Assembly (NCBI GenBank): GCA_030671065.1
Contig: DAOVAM010000003.1
Location: 1-38,087, forward strand
Origin: Candidatus Aminicenantes bacterium
Lineage (GTDB): Bacteria > Acidobacteriota > Aminicenantia > Aminicenantales > Aminicenantaceae
Direction: 5' to 3'
Length of the DNA: 38,087 bases
In this document: positions 1 to 7,941 of the stretch, one piece after another
Layout of the letters: each line of letters begins with the position of its first letter
Numbering within the stretch: the first letter of the stretch is position 1
Notes under the pieces: model-generated
The model's database searches: none
What the model saw: only the letters and a program-made list of their open reading frames with translations
Told to the model about the DNA's origin: nothing
Made by a program: the position numbers and the translations under genes

Positions 1-2278
1 TCGTATCCCCAGCGGCATGCTCCATTTCTCGGTTCTTCAGGCTGACAGAATAAACAAATGTGTTTATCATTTTGTTCAAGGAAGGTTCATTCACCTCCTT
101 CCTTTCCAAGCGGAGTGCTCGAATGCCTGAGGGTAGGCATGCGTTCATCCGGGAAATAAAGGTTCCCTTTGTAAAAAGAAAACGAGATTTAAATTCAAAA
201 CATTCCTGTTTTCCTCTCATCCCCAAAGGAAGAGCCGATGGGTAGGAGATCATCATCTTGGGATGGAAACCTTCTGAGTGGACAACGTGAATTCCTGCCC
301 GTCTCAAAGCCCTCTGGATAATATTGTTTAAATCTTTATGTGAAACAAATCGGGCAGACCGCAGTTTGGAATAAAATACTCGATACCGAACTTCTGCTTC
401 AGCCTCCTCTCCAAGAGGCTTTTCAGGAGATGAAGATATTTTTATCTCCTCTGGAAATTCTCTTTCGAATAAATGCGGAAAAAGGCACCCTTTGCAGGTC
501 CCACAGCTGTCATCCAAACAGGACTTCGTGAATTCTTCCCTCAAGGCTTTATCCAATTCTTTGATCAAATAGGACTTTTTTATTCCTGTGTCAATATGGT
601 CCCATGGGAGACGAGCGCCTCTTTCGATCGAGGAGAGATAAAGATGGTAATCCAGGCGTTCCTGTTCAAACACCTCCTCCCATGTTTGAAACCTGAAAAG
701 GTCATTCCAACTGTCAAAACGTGCGCCTCTTTTCCAAGTCTGGAACAAGATCCTGCTTAGTTTTCTATCCCCCCGAGAAAACACTGCCTCCAGGATGGAA
801 TTTTTTAAAGGATGTCTTTTCAGTTTGACAGATGGATATCTCTTTAGCTGGGATTTGAGAAATATGTACTTCTCTCTAAGGTTGGACTCATCCTCCATCC
901 TCAGCCACTGAAAAGATGTATGCGGTTTGGGGATAAACGACGATACACTGAGGTTGATTTTTGGTGCTGAGTTCAGAATTTTACTCCCAATCTTGATCAC
1001 TTCCTGGACGAGGCCCACAATTCCCTCTAAATCTTCATCTTTTTCTGTTGGAAGACCGACCATAAAATACAGTTTAAGCAATCTCCAACCCTGAGAAAAC
1101 GCATTCCGCGATGCCTCCCGGATATCATCATCCTCCATTTTTTTATTGATGACCCGGCGCAGCCTGTCTGTTCCTGCTTCAGGGACGAGAGTGAATCCAG
1201 TCTTCCTCACCTTAATGATGCTTTTCACTATCTCTTCAGACAGCCCCTTAGGACGCATAGACGGCAAAGACAGTGAGATTTTTTCTGGCTTCAGTTTCTC
1301 CATCAAGATTTCAATTGTCTGAGACAGATAGGGATAGTCGCTGATAGAAAGAGACGCTAAGGAAGTGTCTTCATATCCGGTCAATTTCAAGCTGTTCAAG
1401 ATATTACCCAAGACGCTTGAAGGATCTTTCACCCTTTGCGGAAAATAAACACTCGAGGCTTGACAGAATCTGCATTTTTGGGAACAGCCTCTTGCCACCT
1501 CTACAGATACTCTGTCAAAAATAACCTTGATATTGGGAACCAATATTTTCTCTGGAAAAGGCGCCTTGTGAAAAGGGTAAAGAACTCGCTTCTGTATTCT
1601 GGCTGGGGCATCATTTCTAGGTTTCACTGCAAGAAGGTGAGAGCCATCTGGAAGATAGGTCTCGTACAGGGAAGGAACATAAACCCCCTTTATTTGAGAG
1701 AGTTCTTTCAAGAGCGTACTTTTCTGTTTCAATTCTGTTTTTATGGACAAACACGTATCAACGATCTCTAAGAACGCTTCTTCACCGTCCCCTATAAGAA
1801 ACAGATCGAAAATGTCAGCAACAGGCTCGGGATTGAATGCGGCTGGGCCTCCTGCTATGACCAAGGGATGATCCAAGCCTCTCTCAGACGACAAAAATGG
1901 GATTCGACCTAGATCCAGTATAGTCAAGACATTTGAATAGTTGAGTTCATACAGAAGAGAAAATCCCACGATATCGAATTGATTGAGGGGTATTTTATTT
2001 TCGAGTGAATAAAGAGGAATTTTTTTAGATCGAAGTTTTTGCTCAAAATCAATCCAGGGTGCAAAAACCCTCTCTGCTAAAATCTTTGGATCCTCATTCA
2101 ACAGATGGTACAGGATTTTTTGCCCTAAATAGGACATCCCAACTTCATAGAGGTCAGGAAAAACAAGGGCCACTTTTGCTTTGACACTTGAGGGATCTTT
2201 TATGATCTCATTCCACTCACCACCCAAATAGCGTGCAGGCTTCTCCACGCTTTCCAGGATCTCTTCAAGATTTTTCAT
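1..2278 (-). CDS. TIGR03960-family radical SAM protein fused to a C-terminal TIGR03936/DUF2344 domain; 3' end runs off the window
   Basis: Missing from the ORF track because it is open at the edge. Manual translation from ATG 2278 gives MKNLEEILESVEKPARYLGGEWN...FPDLYEVGMSYLG. The radical SAM motif EVARGCSQKCRFCQA is near 1460-1500. The same frame gives RFVSHKDLNNIIQRALRRAGIHVVHSEGFHPKMMISY (DUF2344-like) near 240-355. Frame continuity was spot-checked, not read codon by codon. Confidence 0.88.
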   Translation of the reverse strand, partial: MKNLEEILESVEKPARYLGGEWNEIIKDPSSVKAKVALVFPDLYEVGMSYLGQKILYHLLNEDPKILAERVFAPWIDFEQKLRSKKIPLYSLENKIPLNQFDIVGFSLLYELNYSNVLTILDLGRIPFLSSERGLDHPLVIAGGPAAFNPEPVADIFDLFLIGDGEEAFLEIVDTCLSIKTELKQKSTLLKELSQIKGVYVPSLYETYLPDGSHLLAVKPRNDAPARIQKRVLYPFHKAPFPEKILVPNIKVIFDRVSVEVARGCSQKCRFCQASSVYFPQRVKDPSSVLGNILNSLKLTGYEDTSLASLSISDYPYLSQTIEILMEKLKPEKISLSLPSMRPKGLSEEIVKSIIKVRKTGFTLVPEAGTDRLRRVINKKMEDDDIREASRNAFSQGWRLLKLYFMVGLPTEKDEDLEGIVGLVQEVIKIGSKILNSAPKINLSVSSFIPKPHTSFQWLRMEDESNLREKYIFLKSQLKRYPSVKLKRHPLKNSILEAVFSRGDRKLSRILFQTWKRGARFDSWNDLFRFQTWEEVFEQERLDYHLYLSSIERGARLPWDHIDTGIKKSYLIKELDKALREEFTKSCLDDSCGTCKGCLFPHLFEREFPEEIKISSSPEKPLGEEAEAEVRYRVFYSKLRSARFVSHKDLNNIIQRALRRAGIHVVHSEGFHPKMMISYPSALPLGMRGKQECFEFKSRFLFTKGTFISRMNACLPSGIRALRLERKEVNEPSLNKMINTFVYSVSLKNREMEHAAGDT

Positions 2279-2334
2279 CGCGATCAGAACAGTCTCTTCA
2301 TTAATATGAGTTTATTCTCTCTTTAGACTTAATT

Positions 2335-2363
2335 ATTTTATTTTTATTAGGCTGATAGTTCAA
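2335..2363 (-). promoter_or_regulatory. sigma70-type promoter of the radical SAM gene
   Basis: TTGAAC-N17-TAAAAT on the minus strand, ~57 nt upstream of ATG 2278. Confidence 0.55.
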
Positions 2364-2428
2364 TCAACAACCAGTCATTCATTCGCCTCGTGAGTTTTTC
2401 TTTAAAGGAAAGAAAAGGGGCCAAGTCG

Positions 2429-3520
2429 CTATACAAACACAAATCTTCGCATCTTGACATTCAAAACGAGTGAAACCCCCAAATAATTAGTGAGAAGAGA
2501 AGATCCTCCATAGCTTAACAACGGCAAGGGAGTCCCTGTTATCGGAAAAAGACCGATGACCATCATCACGTTTATAAAAAATTGAAAAGTGATCAGTACC
2601 GCAACTAAAAAAACGATATAAACTCCCGCCCTATCACTAGATAGCCCTACAGATTGGTAAAGTCTATACAGGAAGAAAAAATAGCACATCAAGGAAAGAG
2701 TCACACCCAGAAATCCGAATTCTTCGCCAATGACTGAGAAGACGAAATCAGTGTGGCGCGCAGGCAAAAATCTCAACTGGCTTTGAGTCCCCTTTCTAAA
2801 TCCCTTTCCTAAAAAACCTCCAGATCCAATTGCAATCTTCGATTGCAGGATGTGGTATCCTGAACCAAGAGGATCATTACTCGGCGAAATAAGCGTAGTC
2901 AATCTATCTTTCTGATAGTCTTTAAGTCCAAAATTCCAGCCAATGACACCGATAACCATGGTCACTATCATTATATAGACGAACGTTTTCATGTTTATCC
3001 CAGCCAGAATGAGTGCTGCCAAAAAAATGGGTATATAGCTTAAAGCTGTGCCCAGATCTGGCTGCATTGCCACTAAGATAACCGGACCAACAGTTAAAGC
3101 ACCACTCAACAATCCCTTCTTCCAGGAAATGTGATCTTGTCTGAACTTGGAGAATACTGAAGCCAATAAAAGAATGAGGAAAATTTTCGTCAACTCAGAA
3201 GGCTGAAATTGGAAAAAAGAGAGACGAAGCCAACTTTTCGCACCAGCAACTATTCTCCCGAAAAACAAGACGCCCACAAGAGCGACTAGAGCGAGAATAT
3301 AGAAATAAAAAGAAAAAGAGACCAATGCCTTATAGTCAACCATAAGAAACAGAAAAAGAGCTAGCATACCCACAGCTATCCAGGCCATCTGTTTGAGATA
3401 ATAATTTCCAGGCATATAATGTGAACTGCTGTAAATGAATGCCAAACCAACGAGTGAGTTCAAGAGAAGCAAACTTATTAGAATCCAATCAATATGCCTG
3501 ACCAGGCTTCTATCTATCAT
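2429..3520 (-). CDS. rodA: Rod shape-determining protein RodA (SEDS glycosyltransferase)
   Basis: Multi-TM protein with FQPSE, QPDLGT, GYHILQSKIAIGSGG, HTDFVFS and LPLLSYGGSS motifs; follows mrdA; start trimmed to MIDRS (ATG 3520). Confidence 0.95.
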   Translation of the reverse strand: MIDRSLVRHIDWILISLLLLNSLVGLAFIYSSSHYMPGNYYLKQMAWIAVGMLALFLFLMVDYKALVSFSFYFYILALVALVGVLFFGRIVAGAKSWLRLSFFQFQPSELTKIFLILLLASVFSKFRQDHISWKKGLLSGALTVGPVILVAMQPDLGTALSYIPIFLAALILAGINMKTFVYIMIVTMVIGVIGWNFGLKDYQKDRLTTLISPSNDPLGSGYHILQSKIAIGSGGFLGKGFRKGTQSQLRFLPARHTDFVFSVIGEEFGFLGVTLSLMCYFFFLYRLYQSVGLSSDRAGVYIVFLVAVLITFQFFINVMMVIGLFPITGTPLPLLSYGGSSLLTNYLGVSLVLNVKMRRFVFV

Positions 3521-5342
3521 ACTTTTTCCTGTATAAGTTAAACAATTTCCTCGCAAGAGGAGCGGCTGTGGTACCCCCCATTCCGCCGTATTCGACGAGG
3601 ACTGTGACAACAATCTCTGGATTGTCTCTTGGTGCAAATCCTGTAAACCAGGAATGCGTTTTCATTTCTTCTTCCTCTTCTTCTCCTTCTTCTTTGGCTT
3701 CCTCCTCAGATCTATCTTTGCTGACCAACTGCGTTGAACCCGTCTTCCCGCAGACATCGTAGCCAGAAACCATCGCAGCCCATCCCGTACCTTGGTCATT
3801 GACTGCTTGCCACATTCCCTGAATAACCTGTTCGAAAATGGACGGATCGATATTCACTGCTCGACTGCTCGGAATGTTGGATCTATTTTCTCTCTCTACC
3901 CCATTAGATGACAAAGATCCAAACAGATGTGGAGTGACGCGGATTCCTCTATTCGCTATGAGAGCCGTATGTGTTGCTATCTGAATGGGCGTTACCAATA
4001 AAAAACTTTGGCCGATAGAGACAGAAATTGTCTCCCCTTTTTGCCACGGTTCATTCTTGTTTTCTTCCTTCCACTGTGGATCTGGGACTAATCCAACATA
4101 CTCCCCGGGCAAGTCAATTCCGGTTGGGGCTCCAAACCCTAACATCCGAGCGTATCGGGATATCTCCTCGATGCCCATCTCTTTCCCCAGATTATAAAAG
4201 TAAATGTTGCAGGAGTGTCGTATCGCATCATAAAAACCCATTTCTCCATGGCCTTCTTCTCGCCAGCACGAAAAAGGATGATTGTATATCGTCGTTTCAC
4301 CTCGGCAGATAAAAGTAGTCTCCTCATTGGCAATTTCCAGGTCAAGTGCTCCTAATGCCATCGCCAATTTAAAGACAGAACCTGGGGAATACAGTCCACG
4401 GATAGCCCGATTCTCCAATGGAAATTCAGGACTGTTGACTAAATCAAGCCATTCTTCGGAGGTAAAACGACTGATGAACTTGTTCGGATCATAATTGGGA
4501 TAACTGGCTAAAGCCAATATCTCTCCAGTTCTGACATCCATTACAATTATCGCTCCCTCTCTTTCTTGTAAAAGCTCTTCCACCTCTTTTTGAATGTCGA
4601 AATCCAAAGTGATAGTCAGGTCCTGCCCCTTGAGTGCTGCGCTCCTCGCAACTTCTTCTCTTCCCCTTCCTAAACTGTCCACAACTTCAACAAGCAGACC
4701 ATGATCCCCGACCAAAGCGGTTTCATACTGCTTCTCTATCCCTGTTTTTCCCACAAGATCACCCAGAGGTCTTTCTCTGAAAATATCTTTTTTCATTTCT
4801 TCCGGTGAAAGCTCCTGCAAATAGCCAATGATATGGGCGGCTAAACTCCCGAAAGGATAAAACCTCTTCGGTTCAGATTGGAGAATCAACTCAGGCAGTT
4901 CTAGTTTTCTGGCTTCTATCATCGCCACCTCTTCAAGGCTTAGATTTTCTTTGATCACAATGGGCTTGAATAGAGGTACTGAGGCATATTTCCCAATCCG
5001 TTCTTTCAAAACAGGCTCTTCAATATTCAAAAGCCGAGCTATTTTTCGACATGACTTATCATAGTCGTCACAGTTTTCCCTGATAAGAGAGACTCTGAAA
5101 GAAGCCTCATTATTCGCCAGGATGATTCCTTCTCTATCAATGATTAATCCCCTCTGATAAGGGAGAGCAATTTCCCTCATCCGATTCGCTTCTGACCTTG
5201 CCCAATATTTTTCATGGTCGAGAATCTGGACTTTCCAGAAGTTCAGTATCAAAAAAATGAAGAATACAACAACAAAAACAAAAATTAATCTGGCTCTTCT
5301 CAGAATCGGATAAAGATCTTCGTAGATTTTTTCTTGTTTCAT
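3510..5342 (-). CDS. mrdA: Penicillin-binding protein 2 (class B transpeptidase)
   Basis: N-terminal TM helix, RGLIIDR, SVFK (SxxK), SCN (SxN) and KTG motifs; mre operon context; start ATG 5342 (alternative TTG 5354). Confidence 0.95.
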   Translation of the reverse strand: MKQEKIYEDLYPILRRARLIFVFVVVFFIFLILNFWKVQILDHEKYWARSEANRMREIALPYQRGLIIDREGIILANNEASFRVSLIRENCDDYDKSCRKIARLLNIEEPVLKERIGKYASVPLFKPIVIKENLSLEEVAMIEARKLELPELILQSEPKRFYPFGSLAAHIIGYLQELSPEEMKKDIFRERPLGDLVGKTGIEKQYETALVGDHGLLVEVVDSLGRGREEVARSAALKGQDLTITLDFDIQKEVEELLQEREGAIIVMDVRTGEILALASYPNYDPNKFISRFTSEEWLDLVNSPEFPLENRAIRGLYSPGSVFKLAMALGALDLEIANEETTFICRGETTIYNHPFSCWREEGHGEMGFYDAIRHSCNIYFYNLGKEMGIEEISRYARMLGFGAPTGIDLPGEYVGLVPDPQWKEENKNEPWQKGETISVSIGQSFLLVTPIQIATHTALIANRGIRVTPHLFGSLSSNGVERENRSNIPSSRAVNIDPSIFEQVIQGMWQAVNDQGTGWAAMVSGYDVCGKTGSTQLVSKDRSEEEAKEEGEEEEEEMKTHSWFTGFAPRDNPEIVVTVLVEYGGMGGTTAAPLARKLFNLYRKKYDR

Positions 5343-5350
5343 CGTTCTGA

Positions 5351-5830
5351 TCAATATTTACTTTTTTTCATTTTATTCAAAAGAAAAAACACACCACTCC
5401 CCAGGAGAGCAGAAGCAAGAGGTTGGATAAATATCAAACCAGCTCCTGTATTTATATTTTCTGGAACAATAAAGGAATAGAACAGAGCCCACAGAATGAG
5501 ATCAAAGCTAAGCAGCAGGAAAAGAAAAAAGAAGCTGCGCATCGGAGGATGGACATCAATCTTTTTTGAAATGTATCCAGCAAGATATCCAGTGATAGTC
5601 TTGGCCATGCCAGCCACTCCGTAAACTCCGAAAGAAAAATAATCCTGAAGGATACCGCAGCCTGCTCCAAAGCAAGAACCAAAGATCTCCCCTTTTTCCA
5701 TGGCAAAATATACGACAACAAGACTGAAAACATTGAAAAGAAGTAAAACAGAAGGAAATAACCTGCTGAAGATTGTGTAAAAAAGAAAGGCAGTGAGTAT
5801 TCCGATGGCGATTCGTACAAAATCTTTCAT
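5351..5830 (-). CDS. mreD: Rod shape-determining protein MreD
   Basis: ~160-aa hydrophobic multi-TM protein (GILQDYFS...G) between mreC and mrdA; start ATG 5830 (alternative TTG 5839). Confidence 0.85.
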   Translation of the reverse strand: MKDFVRIAIGILTAFLFYTIFSRLFPSVLLLFNVFSLVVVYFAMEKGEIFGSCFGAGCGILQDYFSFGVYGVAGMAKTITGYLAGYISKKIDVHPPMRSFFFLFLLLSFDLILWALFYSFIVPENINTGAGLIFIQPLASALLGSGVFFLLNKMKKSKY

Positions 5831-5835
5831 TCTGA

Positions 5836-6681
5836 TCAATTTTCAAAAAAATCTTTGGGATCTTTCATGATCACAGCGATTTGGTCTAAATAACGAAAAT
5901 CGAAATACGGGTCAACGATGATGTGTTTATGAAGAGAATTATCTGTTGTGATGGACACGATTCTTCCCACTGTAATCCCTGAAGGGTAGATACGGTCATA
6001 TCCCGTTGTGATGAGATCTTCACCCTCAGAAATTTCATCTGAAGTGGTTGTGGCAAGAACATACTGCATAAGACACTGCCCCTCCCCATCGCCCACAAGT
6101 ATCCCCTGAACTCTTCTTTGAGTGAATACACTGATTCCGCTTGCGTTATCAGTGACCAGCTGGACTCTGGCCTCTTTTAAGGAAATAGTGTCAATAATCC
6201 GTCCAACCAAATTGCCATTCTTATCCAGTACAATCATATTCTTCTTTATCCCATCTAAGGTTCCTCTATTGATGATAACGGATTTATAAAAATTGTTAGG
6301 GTCAAGTCCGATGACTTGAGCAGGCAAGATATTTTCATGCATTTTTAACAGATTTTCCTGAATTTCCCTTTCATTTCGGAACATCTGCAGGGCATTCCGA
6401 AGGAGATTATTTTCCTGCCGGAGATAAAAAATCTCTTCATTCAATTCCTCATTTTGATCCTGAACATTCCGAAGATAAAAATAATTTTCCCAGATATTTC
6501 CGATTGCTCCGAAAAAAGAAAGAATCCCATGGCGAACAGGAGAAAAAACGGAAAAGACAGCCTTTTCAAAAATGCTCGCCTTTTCTCCAATGGGAACTTG
6601 CATGGAAATCAACAGGAATTGAAAAAAGATTAGAGCTATGAGGATTGTGAGGTTTTTTCTTTCTTTCAGGAAAAGAGGCAT
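5836..6681 (-). CDS. mreC: Rod shape-determining protein MreC
   Basis: N-terminal TM helix, coiled coil, INRGTLDG, LVGRI and TTG..RIYPSGITVG motifs; start ATG 6681 (alternative 6690). Confidence 0.93.
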   Translation of the reverse strand: MPLFLKERKNLTILIALIFFQFLLISMQVPIGEKASIFEKAVFSVFSPVRHGILSFFGAIGNIWENYFYLRNVQDQNEELNEEIFYLRQENNLLRNALQMFRNEREIQENLLKMHENILPAQVIGLDPNNFYKSVIINRGTLDGIKKNMIVLDKNGNLVGRIIDTISLKEARVQLVTDNASGISVFTQRRVQGILVGDGEGQCLMQYVLATTTSDEISEGEDLITTGYDRIYPSGITVGRIVSITTDNSLHKHIIVDPYFDFRYLDQIAVIMKDPKDFFEN

Positions 6682-6696
6682 AAAACTCAAAAAGGA

Positions 6697-7728
6697 CTAA
6701 ATTAAAGAGATCTTTTTTAATAGGTCCAAATCTTCGAGCAATTTTCCGGCACCAATGACAACTGTTGTGAGAGGATCTTCGGTGATAAAAACTGGCAACT
6801 TCGTCTCCTCCCGAATGCGCTTGTCTAAATTCCTGAGAAGAGCACCTCCTCCTGTTAAGATGATGCCTCGGTCAATGATGTCGGCAGACAGTTCAGGAGG
6901 TGTCTTTTCAAGGGAAACGCGGATGGCATCAATTATCGCAGAAGTAACATCTTCAAGAGCTTCTCTTATTTCCTGGTCATCTATAATAAGAGTTTTCGGA
7001 ATGCCTTCTCCTAAATCTCTGCCCTTGATCTCAATGGACATCGGCTCATCCAAGGGATAAGCTGAACCGATCTGGATCTTCAACTGCTCCGCACTTCGCT
7101 CTCCGATGAGCAGATTGTACTTTCTCTTGAGGTACTGGATGATGGACTCGTCCATCTCATTCCCAGCTATCCGGATGGAATGATTAAAGACAATTCCATT
7201 CATAGAAATGACGGCGATATCGGTCGTCCCTCCCCCTACATCCACGATCATATTTCCTGTTGGCTCTGATATAGGAAGGTCAGCGCCGACAGAGGCAGCG
7301 ACAGGCTGTTGAACCAGAAAGACCTCAGACGCTTTCGCTCGCGTGGCCACATCCTTCACGGCTCGTCGTTCAACCTGAGTTATTCCTGTGGGGATTCCTA
7401 TGACAATCCTGGGTCTCACTAAAAACATTCGGCTGTTTGTGGACTGCCTGATGAAAAAATCGAGCATTTTTTCTGCCATCTCAAAATCTGCAATAACGCC
7501 ATCTCGCATGGGCTTAATCGTCAACACATCCGCTGGCGTTTTGCCTAACATCTCCTTGGCTCGAGTTCCTACAGCTTCTACTTTCCCGCTTTGCTTATTG
7601 ACGACAACGATAGAGGGTTCCTGGACGACGATACCTTTTCCCTTGAGAAAAACTAAAGTGTTAGCCGTCCCCAGATCAATCGCTAAATCACAAAGCAACC
7701 TATCCTTGAGGGAATTCATCAAACTCAT
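6697..7728 (-). CDS. mreB: Actin-like rod shape-determining protein MreB
   Basis: IDLGTANT, PMRDGVIADF, DVGGGTTD and LTGGGALL motifs; AAAGG RBS before ATG 7728. Confidence 0.97.
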   Translation of the reverse strand: MSLMNSLKDRLLCDLAIDLGTANTLVFLKGKGIVVQEPSIVVVNKQSGKVEAVGTRAKEMLGKTPADVLTIKPMRDGVIADFEMAEKMLDFFIRQSTNSRMFLVRPRIVIGIPTGITQVERRAVKDVATRAKASEVFLVQQPVAASVGADLPISEPTGNMIVDVGGGTTDIAVISMNGIVFNHSIRIAGNEMDESIIQYLKRKYNLLIGERSAEQLKIQIGSAYPLDEPMSIEIKGRDLGEGIPKTLIIDDQEIREALEDVTSAIIDAIRVSLEKTPPELSADIIDRGIILTGGGALLRNLDKRIREETKLPVFITEDPLTTVVIGAGKLLEDLDLLKKISLI

Positions 7729-7754
7729 TTCAGTGCCTTTCTTTGTACAGGTCT

Positions 7755-7783
7755 TATTTAGCACAATTTCTTTACAGACGCAA
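7755..7783 (-). promoter_or_regulatory. Putative sigma70 promoter of the mre operon
   Basis: TTGCGT-N17-TAAATA with an extended -10 TG. Confidence 0.4.
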
Positions 7784-7875
7784 ACAAAAAAAAGAATTGA
7801 GGAAATATTACCTTTTCCACGGCGGAATCAAGACTTGAAAGCGACGTCTTATCCTAAGAGCCAATTTTATTTTCC

Positions 7876-7904
7876 TTGACATTTTCTTATACAAAAAATA
7901 TAAA
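7876..7904 (+). promoter_or_regulatory. sigma70 promoter of the OPT-PqqD unit
   Basis: TTGACA-N17-TATAAA; strong RBS GAGGAGG before ATG 7942. Confidence 0.6.
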
Positions 7905-7941
7905 TTCAAAAAACGCTCAATCATAACTTGAGGAGGTATTC

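Noticed and set aside
60-1771. Plus-strand ORFs 60..245, 340..531, 473..760 and 1436..1771
   Set aside because: Antisense shadows of the minus-strand radical SAM gene
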